Both the position numbers and the translations under genes were made by a program. DNA of 64,000 nucleotides from Sporopachydermia quercuum (Eukaryota): assembly GCA_001599295.1 (NCBI GenBank), contig BCGN01000010.1, positions 434,001-498,000 of the forward strand, written 5' to 3'. Shown one piece after another: positions 9,377-19,904 of this stretch. The notes under the pieces were generated by a model, which saw only the letters and a program-made list of their open reading frames with translations, was not told the DNA's origin and did no database searches. Every line of letters begins with the position of its first letter. Positions within the stretch are counted from its first letter, which is position 1.

Positions 9377-12300
9377 ATGTCCGATGCCTTTTTGGAACCA
9401 TTCGAAACAGATATAGACCCTGCCAAAGGGCGGTTTGACATACGGAGACCCTCAACGAGATTACCAGGAGTCCAGCTTGGGATTGCTTCCATGCTTGGTC
9501 TTTTTGCATTTTTCACATTCAGCTTCCTCCGGAGAAGTTGGCCCCAAATGTATGCAGCTCGAACCGCTCGGAACCATGAACTACCGAAGCTTCCGATGTC
9601 TCTTTTCGGATGGATCCCTATATTGTACAGAATAGATGATGAGCAAATTCTCCAGTACGCCGGTTTAGACGCTTATGTATTCCTCGGATTTTTCCGAATG
9701 AGTATACAGCTGCTATCTGTATGCTTATTCTTTGGAGTTGCTGTTATTTCTCCTATTCGGTTTCATTTTACTGGAAGATATGATCAGAGTGAGATTCCCG
9801 ATTCCTCTAGTGGAGATAATTCCGGAGATAATGGCGGAACCTATACTGGGTATTCTGATGGGAAAGACCCCAACAGTCCAGAATCATATGAAGAGTATTT
9901 NTGGACTTACGTAGTGTTCACTTACGTATTCACCTTACTAGCAATCTACTTATTGAGAAGGCAGACTAAAACAGTAGTGAAAGTTCGGCAGTCGTATCTA
10001 GGNAAGCAGAATTCTATCACCGATAGGACAATTCGGTTAAGTGGGATTCCACCGGAACTTCGTGATGAGAAAGCCCTAAAACAACATATAGAACGGTTAA
10101 ATATCGGAACAGTTAGCTCGGTAACTATCTGCCGGGAGTGGCAGCCCCTAAATCGGCTTTTCGCTCAGCGGAAACAAGTGATTTTAAAGCTGGAGGATCT
10201 ATGGGCAGAGTATCTAGGACACACGTGGCTAAATAAAAAGGATAACAAACTTCCAATAGTGCAGCCGAGAGTAGCTTCTATATACAGCATGGAAACGGGT
10301 CCCGCTGGTTCCGGTACCGATCAGCCGGAACACTCGGAACAGTTTGCTCCGTATAGGGATAATGAAGAAGGATCCAACTCGGGGTCGGACCTCCAACCAG
10401 AACAGGAGCGGGAACGGGAACAGGAATCCATTCTTGAACTGGAGTCAGAATCGGGGTCCGAAATTGGTGATTCTAGATCTTTCGATGAGGATCTAGAAGC
10501 TAACGGGGGTCTAGCGCATGAACATGTGACATGGGATAGTCCTGATACCAACAGCGATTCTGGAGCAGATTCTTTGTTGATGGTATCCGATGACTCCCCC
10601 GGTTCGAATAACCACCCCGCAACAGCTTCCGTATCTCTTGGAACCAACTTCTACGAATTCAAACGGCCTACCAGGCGTCTCGGCTTCTTCGGCCTTCTCG
10701 GAAAGAAAGTCGACGCCATAGATTACTACACTTATCATCTGGAAGTTCTAGACCAAGAAATCAGAAAAGCCCGCAAGCGACAGTATCCACCTACGCCAAC
10801 AGCTTTCGTGACCATGGACTCTGTCGCGACAGCCCAAATGGCTGCCCAAGCTGTTCTAGACCCTCATGTACACCATCTAATCACTCGCTTGGCTCCGGCA
10901 CCTCATGACATAATCTGGGATAACGTGTGCCTTTCTCGCAAGGAAAGAATCACCAAACAAATTACCATCACAGCCATAACTTCTCTCCTAAGTGTTTTAT
11001 TGATCTTCCCAGTCTTATATCTGGCAGCACTTATCAACATCCACACCATCTCCAAGTTCTGGCCCAAACTGGGAACCCTCCTGCAGAATTCCAAAACACT
11101 TGAAGTTCTAGTAACAGAACTATTACCAACATATCTGTTCACATTGATGAACTTCGCAATACCTTATTTATATGTCTTTCTATCAAGCCGTCAAGGCTTT
11201 GTCTCACACGGAGAAGAAGAAATAGCGGGAGTAGGCAAAAACTTCTTTTATATCTTTGTGAACTTGTTTCTAGTATTTACCATGGCAGGTACAGCTAGTA
11301 ACTTTTGGGGATTTCTCAGTGATACCACGAAAATCGCTTACCAACTGGCATCATCATTGCAATCACTATCCCTGTTCTATGTAGATTTAATCATTTTACA
11401 AGGCATTGGCATGTTCCCTTTCAAACTATTGCAATTTGGAGCATTGTTCAAGTATCCATTCTTCAGATTTGGAGCGAAAACACCAAGAGATTATAGAAAC
11501 CTCTACAAGCCACCAGTGTTTAATTTTGGTTTGCTATTACCACAGCCAATTCTAATTCTAATCATCACGATCATTTATTCAGTCATTTCAACGAAAATTC
11601 TTGCCTCAGGATTGGTATATTTTCTCATTGGCTTCTTCGTGTATAAATATCAACTGATATTTGCTCAAGTTCATCCTCAGCATTCAACAGGTAAAGTGTG
11701 GCCATTGGTGTTCAGAAGGATAGTTTTTGGTGTTATGATTTTCCAGTTGACTATGGCAGGAACATTGGCATTAAAACATGCTTATTTTTTGGCCACATTG
11801 TTGGCACCATTGCCGTTGATATCGTTGTCAGTATTCTGGGACTTTGAAAAAAATTATATACCGTTAAGTTTTTTCATTGCTTTGACTGCTATTGAGAATA
11901 TTAATAATGAAGTTGATACAGGAGTCAGCAATAGTAATGAAATTGAAAGGTACACTGATAATGAGGAATATAATGGCAATGGACGATATGAACAGTATGT
12001 TGATAGCAATAATAGTAACGACAGTGGTATTAGCGATAGTCAATACAACGAGAATGATGTCAATAAAAACTCTGGTGCTAATGCTGGTTCTGTTGACTAT
12101 TTTAATAGTACTGATACTGCAAACAGTTCAACATCTCCAATGATAACGCCAACAGATAGAAAGTACCAGTTTATAACTCAGCAAATAAAAAAACATCAAT
12201 CATTGAGTTCCAGACTCCAAAGGGCTATTGCCAAAAGGAAATCGAGGACTTTAGATGAAGTGAGAGAACAATATCAAACTTATGGATATCCGTATCTACT

Positions 12301-12406
12301 GCAGGAATTAGAAGGTCCATGGATAGCTGTAGAGGGAGATAATATTGTATCGGCAAACACAGAAGGAACCATTAGGAAAAGGGTGAAATTTCTAGAATGG
12401 GAATAA
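9377..12406 (+). CDS. CSC1: CSC1/OSCA/TMEM63 calcium-permeable stress-gated channel
   Basis: [56 protein letters not shown]...[15 protein letters not shown]; many TM helices. Confidence 0.92.
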   Translation: MSDAFLEPFETDIDPAKGRFDIRRPSTRLPGVQLGIASMLGLFAFFTFSFLRRSWPQMYAARTARNHELPKLPMSLFGWIPILYRIDDEQILQYAGLDAYVFLGFFRMSIQLLSVCLFFGVAVISPIRFHFTGRYDQSEIPDSSSGDNSGDNGGTYTGYSDGKDPNSPESYEEYXWTYVVFTYVFTLLAIYLLRRQTKTVVKVRQSYLXKQNSITDRTIRLSGIPPELRDEKALKQHIERLNIGTVSSVTICREWQPLNRLFAQRKQVILKLEDLWAEYLGHTWLNKKDNKLPIVQPRVASIYSMETGPAGSGTDQPEHSEQFAPYRDNEEGSNSGSDLQPEQEREREQESILELESESGSEIGDSRSFDEDLEANGGLAHEHVTWDSPDTNSDSGADSLLMVSDDSPGSNNHPATASVSLGTNFYEFKRPTRRLGFFGLLGKKVDAIDYYTYHLEVLDQEIRKARKRQYPPTPTAFVTMDSVATAQMAAQAVLDPHVHHLITRLAPAPHDIIWDNVCLSRKERITKQITITAITSLLSVLLIFPVLYLAALINIHTISKFWPKLGTLLQNSKTLEVLVTELLPTYLFTLMNFAIPYLYVFLSSRQGFVSHGEEEIAGVGKNFFYIFVNLFLVFTMAGTASNFWGFLSDTTKIAYQLASSLQSLSLFYVDLIILQGIGMFPFKLLQFGALFKYPFFRFGAKTPRDYRNLYKPPVFNFGLLLPQPILILIITIIYSVISTKILASGLVYFLIGFFVYKYQLIFAQVHPQHSTGKVWPLVFRRIVFGVMIFQLTMAGTLALKHAYFLATLLAPLPLISLSVFWDFEKNYIPLSFFIALTAIENINNEVDTGVSNSNEIERYTDNEEYNGNGRYEQYVDSNNSNDSGISDSQYNENDVNKNSGANAGSVDYFNSTDTANSSTSPMITPTDRKYQFITQQIKKHQSLSSRLQRAIAKRKSRTLDEVREQYQTYGYPYLLQELEGPWIAVEGDNIVSANTEGTIRKRVKFLEWE

Positions 12407-13212
12407 TAGAGGGGAAGGGAATAATGGAACATGAGAATTTGTTCTGGAGGCCTAAAGTGAATTTATTTATAGTTAGTAATTAGGCGTAGCTGTAAGTATT
12501 AACGTTAACAGCGCAGTAGTTTTTATATCTGACATAATTAGAATTTATTTCCTGTTTATTTAATATCAAGTTTTCTTCACTAATAATAACCTAGATTTAA
12601 TAAAATATATATACAATTAAGCTGTTTATCCTGAACGTTGTAGGCTCTATAATAGTTATCCTGTTCTAGTTCTTGGCTATTTATTTCTCACCAACAAAAA
12701 TACTATTTACTGTCAATAAGTATTCGAGGGTATTTCTACAGAAACTTGTTTATTGTTTTACATAAATTTCATAATTACNTAAATTACATTATAAGAATTG
12801 AATTAATGTATTTCAGAGTAAGAAGTATTGTAGTGGTGCTTGTTTCTACTAAATATTTGATTTTGTATGCAACAGAAATCATTAACTTTTGAAGAAATAT
12901 AATAATAATAAATTGCTATTAGCTTCTTCATATATTGGCTTTACTCAATTATTACGGTGAATTCACAGGAATATGATTAGCAATTTTTGTCAGGTCGTCT
13001 GTCTGCATTAATTAACTATCTCCATTGCAAAAATTGAACAATTGACTTTCTGAATATCAATTGGTCTACGAATACCAAATTTGTGAATTTTTGTTGTATT
13101 TTTGCAAGTAAACTACGCAATTTATGTTATTACTACACATTGAAGTAGATAAATAAAGTATAATACAATCTACTAAATATTCTTATTTATATCATATCAT
13201 ACCAGTTTCCAT

Positions 13213-14553
13213 TCATAATTCACCTTCAGCTTTGGCAATAAAAACTGAAACATAAGAGAGAATTTCAATGGAAATCCAGTAATTAATCTCTTCATTTATT
13301 AGATCAATAATTGAAAGATTTCCCATAGAATTACCATTAGCAACTGAGTTGTTTTTTCTTGAGAAATAAACAACTAAAGCAAGAAACAGTTGTGTGATGG
13401 TAACACTAATGACCCAAGCAATCGAAGTTAATACTATGGATTGAAAGTAACTGCACTTTAGAATTATCGTGAGAGTTTCAACAACAGTGAAATTAACAGC
13501 AAAACTAACAGCAGATGCTGCAATTGGAATATCGTACGGCCAAATGATCATTAATATAGGGAACATTTTTGAGTAGCTGGCAATTAGAATTCCTGTCGAA
13601 AGAACATTTGTGGCGTACTGAGGTATTTTCTCTGTTATTATAACAGAAATATACGATTCATCAAGTATGGAGTTATGGGCAGTTATTACGTTAGAACCAT
13701 TGTTCGATGTAATGTTGAACGTATCAGCTGTACTGCTCGTTTCAATAATACCTTCATCACTATGATCAACAGTCACAATATAAGAAGTACCATTGATCAC
13801 CGATTNATTGATAATAGAACTACCTTTACTAGAATCGTCTCCTATATTATTGATTAATTCAATATCCACAACAGACTCTCTATTAGGATCTTGACTTCCT
13901 TTCCCCCATTTCAACCATTTATATGCTAATCCTTCTACCACCCATAAAGCTACTACTTCATCAATAATGCAATAAGCCAAAAAAAACAAGTACTGGAAAA
14001 CAACACCATGCTGTAGTATTTCAGTCATCATCGGATTTCGATATTCGATTGTTTGTTTCTCTTGTCTTGTCCAAGTAAGATAAACGTCGAATAATGTTAT
14101 CAAAATCCATACTTTCCATATAGTAGCATGTCTCTTATATTTGATAGTGACATTAGAAGAGATCTCGTATATTGTTTCGTTGCCCCAGAATGGAAGCTTC
14201 TTTGAGGAAAAGTCAATTACCGATTTTGATACTTTCCTGTTGGAAGTATTACGAATTACAGTCTCAGTATTAATTTTGTTACCCTTATTGCTATTATTTC
14301 CATTAGAACCTTCTATTCTATACTCATTTTTCACTTCAATGCTCAGCTTTTCGAGGGAATTAAATACAACATGACGATATGCTTGTGGTTTCAATAGTAA
14401 CAGGTCAATTGCTAGTAGTACATTATCATGTTCAACATACTTATCTGCTACTTTATTGCAATTGGAACAGAAAGTCAGTGTGATATAGTTGGAATCTTTA
14501 TAGTATCTTTGGTACAGCGAATGCACTGTATACCCACATTCGATACAAATCAT
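13213..14553 (-). CDS. ARV1: Arv1 ER sterol/GPI homeostasis protein
   Basis: MICIEC...LTFCSNCNKVADKYVEHDNVLLAIDLLLLKPQAYRHVVFN (Arv1 homology domain), followed by TM segments. Confidence 0.93.
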   Translation of the reverse strand: MICIECGYTVHSLYQRYYKDSNYITLTFCSNCNKVADKYVEHDNVLLAIDLLLLKPQAYRHVVFNSLEKLSIEVKNEYRIEGSNGNNSNKGNKINTETVIRNTSNRKVSKSVIDFSSKKLPFWGNETIYEISSNVTIKYKRHATIWKVWILITLFDVYLTWTRQEKQTIEYRNPMMTEILQHGVVFQYLFFLAYCIIDEVVALWVVEGLAYKWLKWGKGSQDPNRESVVDIELINNIGDDSSKGSSIINXSVINGTSYIVTVDHSDEGIIETSSTADTFNITSNNGSNVITAHNSILDESYISVIITEKIPQYATNVLSTGILIASYSKMFPILMIIWPYDIPIAASAVSFAVNFTVVETLTIILKCSYFQSIVLTSIAWVISVTITQLFLALVVYFSRKNNSVANGNSMGNLSIIDLINEEINYWISIEILSYVSVFIAKAEGEL

Positions 14554-16215
14554 TATATTGTTGTGTTAGTTGTAAATGGGTAGATATTAGGGAATGCTGT
14601 TGTTTGAAGATAGTGCGACTGATAATGCTCCTGAGAATGATGTTAGGCAGTGGTATAGAATGGTATTATCTAGTTGTATGAGCAAACCAATAGCTGAGAG
14701 GCTAGTTGCAATATCAAAGTATGTTGATGAAATAAATTGCTGTCTGTCTTGCGAGGCTATATTCGATATATCAATTGAGCAGATTGTATGGTAGTTGTAT
14801 GTTGACAGGATTAATGCTAATGCTAATGAAAATACTAACAGACAAAATATCTATTTTGAACAATCCTGTTGTGGAGATCTATTGGGGTAGTCGTGTCTCT
14901 CTGGTAATATATATTTTTTCTTCCAAATATGCTGATTGTTTTCTTTCTATATTGACTGTTCGTTATGGTATTGTTTGAGAGATGAAGGTAGTTGTTGATA
15001 ATAGGACCAATTTGTNCGATGCAGCAATGGTTACAAAGCAAATAGCTGATGACCTATTTTCACGACGCAATTTGACCTTTCAGCAGAACAAACATAATTT
15101 ATGTTGATCGCAAATATAATACAAGTCCCTCTTTGCTATGCAATGATAAAACAGAATGTTGGAAACTGCTGATCGTATCAAAGGAATCAATCTATCTCAT
15201 ACGGCAATGTGACATGATACATATTAATCAACAACCTAGCATATANACTTTTGCACTTCAATTTCAATGGTTCAAGCAGTAGAGAGACTTTCTTTCGTCA
15301 CAAGAATGTAACTAATGCTACTTCTAGTGAATAAAATAATACANCTTTTTCTTGTATTGCTATTTTGACAGACAGAAAGTAGGAAAGAATCATTGAAGAA
15401 AAGTTGATTGAATTTATTGAAATCCCAAACATATGAAGAGTAAAAAGAGTCAATTGAAAGAAGACCCTTTCCGAAATACTATGAAATCGGAAATTATAAC
15501 ATTGAATAGTTTCCGATAACTAAGAGGGTCTCATTATTTTGCGGAAAGGTCAGGATGACCACATTGTAAAATTTACCATCCAATTAGCATAAATAATTCG
15601 GAACAAAAGCGTACTAAATATTCACCTAGAACAACCATGTACCTATTTTAAATAAATCTTTCACCGTTAATTTAGAGCTGCTCTCTTACATCGTGGACAA
15701 CCTACTATCCCACTTATAGACCCTTGACATATTTCAAAGGGTCTATTATTTTCGGATCAAATGTCACAAACATTTTTAGAAACAAGCATCACAGCTCTTC
15801 TCTTACCATCACCATAATTAAATCTCTTGCTGAGGTAATAAACCTTGGAAAACCAGTAATAAACCTTATAAAACAGTCTTTAAAGCAAGGGATTATCGCT
15901 GTAATTTTCAGGCGTTACAGGGAACTCTCGGAGGGCATCAAGTGGCTTCAGAAGATAATATTGGTCATCATATACTCGTTCGTAGCATCTACACTGTTTT
16001 CTTTAGCGATCAGATACAAATCAGCGAAGGAAAGGAAGATCAGTGTTTAATATTGTTGATAACTATAAGCTATGTGCCATAAATAATAACAGTATTGTAG
16101 GCGTTTTTCAACAAAAGTTTTGCATATCAAAGCGAAGTTCGATAATATTTTAGTTTTTTTGGGCGACATACAAGGCATCGCTGTATGTAATTGATAGAAG
16201 ATAACTGGATTACAG

Positions 16216-16253
16216 CAGTGAATTAAAACAGTGAATTAAAACAGTGAAGTAAA
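16216..16253. repeat. 13-bp tandem repeat (CAGTGAATTAAAA)x~3
   Basis: Two exact copies and a third degenerate copy. Confidence 0.7.
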
Positions 16254-16462
16254 GATCGCTGGTGAAATATTCAAAAAAAAAATAGTAGAGTGTTGATAGA
16301 TATCATTTCCAGCACAGTTATCAACATTATTCTAGAATCCTATGTCTAATCATCTCATTATAGTAACAACTATTAACAGTCACCAACTATAAACAACTGC
16401 AACCTCATCTGCAGCCTATTCAGCATTCACCTACTTGCGANCAACAACAATAACTGGTCACA

Positions 16463-18457
16463 ATGGCTGTGTGTAAATTCTTCCTTCAAGGAAACTGTCG
16501 TTTCGGTTCCAACTGCAAATTCGAACATCCAATGAACTCCTCTTCCTCGTCATTCTCATCATTTGGCTCGCTCAACGACAGACCAGAAACTCCAAGATCT
16601 CAATGGGAAAGTCTCCTGTCAGACTTCACCAACGACAGGAACCTGCCGATGCTAGAAAAATATATCACTCAATCCGTGGACGCTTTCAAGGATTTGACAT
16701 ATCCTTTTTCATGTTTTGGCGTTGAAACAATTCAACCTAATCTCATTTCTGAACGCGATATTAGTCCTGAAGAGCTGCAGTATGCTGCCTATAAATGGGG
16801 TGATAATATAAACCTTTATCAACAGAAAGAGCAAGCACTGAGAAGGAATATGGAGGAAGCTGTTAGGTTTGTTAAACAGGACATAAGAAAAGCTGCGAGG
16901 TTTTTACAATTAGCTGTTATGAAAAGTCGGCAAGGAATGCAATTGACGAAACCTTACTGTGGATTTGACGGGCCCAGTAGTTTAGATATTCTGTATGATG
17001 ATTCTGGTAATCTAAGTGCAGGAGTTGCAACAGGAAATACATTTGGCACGGAAAACAGCACAGGAAATACTGGAGGTTTGTTCGGCAAGAGTAGCTTTGG
17101 TAGTAGTCCTTTTGGGAGCAATAGTAATAATGCTACCAGTACCAACAGTACTGGCAATCCATTTGGTAGTAGTAATCCATTTAATAAAGTTTCAACGGGA
17201 AATGCATTTGGCAACACATCTGGAAGCACATTTGGCAATAGTGCGTTGGGCAGCAACACGTTTGGAAGAAGTACATTTGGTGCTAGTACGAACTCACCTA
17301 GTACTACTAGTTCTTACAATGCTTCAACTACAGCTCCAGATACATCATCAGGTCTGTTTGGCTCCAGTACGATGAGTACTGACTGGATGAACAGCAGCTC
17401 TAACAATTCATCATCAGGCCTGTTTGGCTCCAGCAGTATGAGCACAGATTGGATGAACCAAAGCTCTAGCTCAGGAGGATCATCGTTGTTTGGTGGCACC
17501 GCCAATTCTAAACCTTTCGGTAGTGGCGGTAATACAAACAAACCCGATGCTACTGCAAATACTGCTAGCAGTCCTTTTGGTAGCAATGCAAGTGCTATTC
17601 AGCCAAGATTTGGCCAATTGGGCTTTGGAGGTCCTAAACCAAACCCGTGGGCTACCGGTAGTACATCAGGTACGGGAATTACGGCAGGCCCCACCGATAC
17701 TGCCACTTCCACAGNCGGTTTATTTGGCAGTACTAGTAATAGCTCATTGCCGGCGAACACCGGAGGCTCTCCTCTCGGTGCGTTTGGCACACAGCAAGTG
17801 AAAGGAGGATTCGGTAGCTCATTGGGTAGTTCATTTGGCACGAAGGCTCAGGAGAACCCGTTCGCCAAATTCAAATCAGGTACAGACGGCACAGATTCGG
17901 GAGCAGCTTTTAGCACAGGAACAACGAGCATTTTTGGAAGCAGTACAGGAACTACACAAGCTTTTGGTAGCAACNCTTTACCTACAACCTCTAATCTTTT
18001 CAATAGCAACAGCAGCAGCAGCAACAAAAACAATAATACTGCTGCAAGTTCACCTTTTGGCAGTACGAAATCATCTTTTGGTACTGCTAATGGCACAACA
18101 GCTCAATCGAATTCACCGTTTGGAGCCTCTTTAGGTTCTCAACAGTTCCAGCAAGCCAACAATCCTTTTGCCAAATTCCAATCGACTGGCTTTTCCAATG
18201 GTAACATTTCAAATAGCTCACCTTTTGGATCATTTGGTAGTAACGGCAACAGCACATCGAGTAATACGCGGGCAGAAGACGTCAAGCCAATAATCCTTCT
18301 AGGCTTCACTAAATCGCAGAATAATCAATATGGCAGTGGAATGAACGCAGGTCCTGAATTGAATGATCTCACAGAAGAAGTGAGAATATCTTTCCAAAGT
18401 CAGAGATTCTCATTAGGTAAAATTCCGGACATAATTCCACCAATGGAAGTGAGATAA
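16463..18457 (+). CDS. NUP42: FG nucleoporin Nup42/Amo1 type with N-terminal CCCH finger
   Basis: CKFFLQGNCRFGSNCKFEH zinc finger; DISPEELQ motif; many FG/PFG/GLFG repeats; C-terminal FSLGKIPDIIPP resembles the Gle1-binding motif. Confidence 0.85.
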   Translation: MAVCKFFLQGNCRFGSNCKFEHPMNSSSSSFSSFGSLNDRPETPRSQWESLLSDFTNDRNLPMLEKYITQSVDAFKDLTYPFSCFGVETIQPNLISERDISPEELQYAAYKWGDNINLYQQKEQALRRNMEEAVRFVKQDIRKAARFLQLAVMKSRQGMQLTKPYCGFDGPSSLDILYDDSGNLSAGVATGNTFGTENSTGNTGGLFGKSSFGSSPFGSNSNNATSTNSTGNPFGSSNPFNKVSTGNAFGNTSGSTFGNSALGSNTFGRSTFGASTNSPSTTSSYNASTTAPDTSSGLFGSSTMSTDWMNSSSNNSSSGLFGSSSMSTDWMNQSSSSGGSSLFGGTANSKPFGSGGNTNKPDATANTASSPFGSNASAIQPRFGQLGFGGPKPNPWATGSTSGTGITAGPTDTATSTXGLFGSTSNSSLPANTGGSPLGAFGTQQVKGGFGSSLGSSFGTKAQENPFAKFKSGTDGTDSGAAFSTGTTSIFGSSTGTTQAFGSNXLPTTSNLFNSNSSSSNKNNNTAASSPFGSTKSSFGTANGTTAQSNSPFGASLGSQQFQQANNPFAKFQSTGFSNGNISNSSPFGSFGSNGNSTSSNTRAEDVKPIILLGFTKSQNNQYGSGMNAGPELNDLTEEVRISFQSQRFSLGKIPDIIPPMEVR

Positions 18458-19904
18458 TAATAGGGTAGAAATGGATATTTTACTGTGAATGTATTTATAA
18501 TAAAAGTATATATAATGAATGTTTGAGTTGTACATGATACGACAATATTATCTATAATTAACGAGTATACTTAATAGTATATTAATGCTCCGAGTGAACT
18601 GATTCCTATGTAGAAAAGGTCGAATGGATAAAGTAGTATTTTATAGGTAGTATTTGATAAGAGAGTAGACAATCGAGTAATNTCATATATAAGATTGATA
18701 AAATAGGGTTCAACTATATATTTTTTAGTTTTGGATTTATAACTTCTATATTCAATAAATTATATAATTTTGTAGTTTAAAGATTTCAGGAAGATTATAC
18801 TAAGGAGATCTGAAGTTTCTCTCTTTTTCACCCTTGAGCTTCTAGTATGTTTAAAAAAATGGATAGGCAAAACTACTGGGTCTGTATCAACTAATGACTT
18901 GTTTTACTAAAAACAGAATATCAACGCAGTTTGGATTTGGCAATAATTAATATAGTTAGGTAAAATAAGGTTTAAAACAACTAAACCTTCTGGTTCTCTT
19001 ACGGTGGTAAGAACCTATTTCAACCACTAGCCTTAATATCAATTCATGGGCTGATAGTTACAACATATTTTTATTTTCTTCTAAAAGCAAGATACCCGCA
19101 GAGTTATTTCTTTGCCGTTTTATGCCAATTGCCAACTGGAAAACATAAGAAATAGCAGTTTATTAAAGACCAATAAGGTTTACTAGTGAGGTTTTACTAA
19201 ATATTTCAGATTCCTTATTAAGTAGGTAAGCGAATTCTTGACTTTATAATATAAGAGTTAAAATATACAGCATTCAATTGCAGAAAAAAAANGATAAAAC
19301 TGCTATAAATTCGTTCACTTCGGTAGAGTGCATTGCTATTGTAAGATTTAAGGGTACTGTGCTGATTTAGAACTGTCTTGGTGACTCTTCTATCTTTCTC
19401 TTGTTGCACTATAGATATGACGAGTGTTCAGGGTTCTAATCCATAAAGAGTTCTTTTCTTACAGCAGGTAAATATTAGCTAATTGATTAGCATTCTATAT
19501 TCAAAGAACTCACCAAAGCCATTTCAAAAATGAGGTAGTTTATAATGTTTCATCTTCGAAGAGTTTATTCATTTCTTTGGTATAAACGCCTAAAAGCAGC
19601 TCACCAAACCTTGCTATTTGCAATTTGACACAATATATGGATGTTTCAGATGTAATATCCGGCAAATAATATGTGAGATACAATAATTACGAAAGTTCAT
19701 GTAGTTATTGCCATTATTAATTTGCTAAGTGTTATTCATTCTATGTTCTTATAGAAGTGAGATTTATATAATAAAATATAATATAATACAGTAGATAAAG
19801 TATTGAATACCAACCTTTTAGAGTCCAACAATCAAGGTAATTAATTATAGTGTAAGTAAACATATTGGGCCCACACACTCGTAGTAGTATTAATCCTAAA
19901 ACAT

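Noticed and set aside
15724..16050. 108-aa ORF between ARV1 and NUP42
   Set aside because: TTG start, no in-frame ATG and no motif
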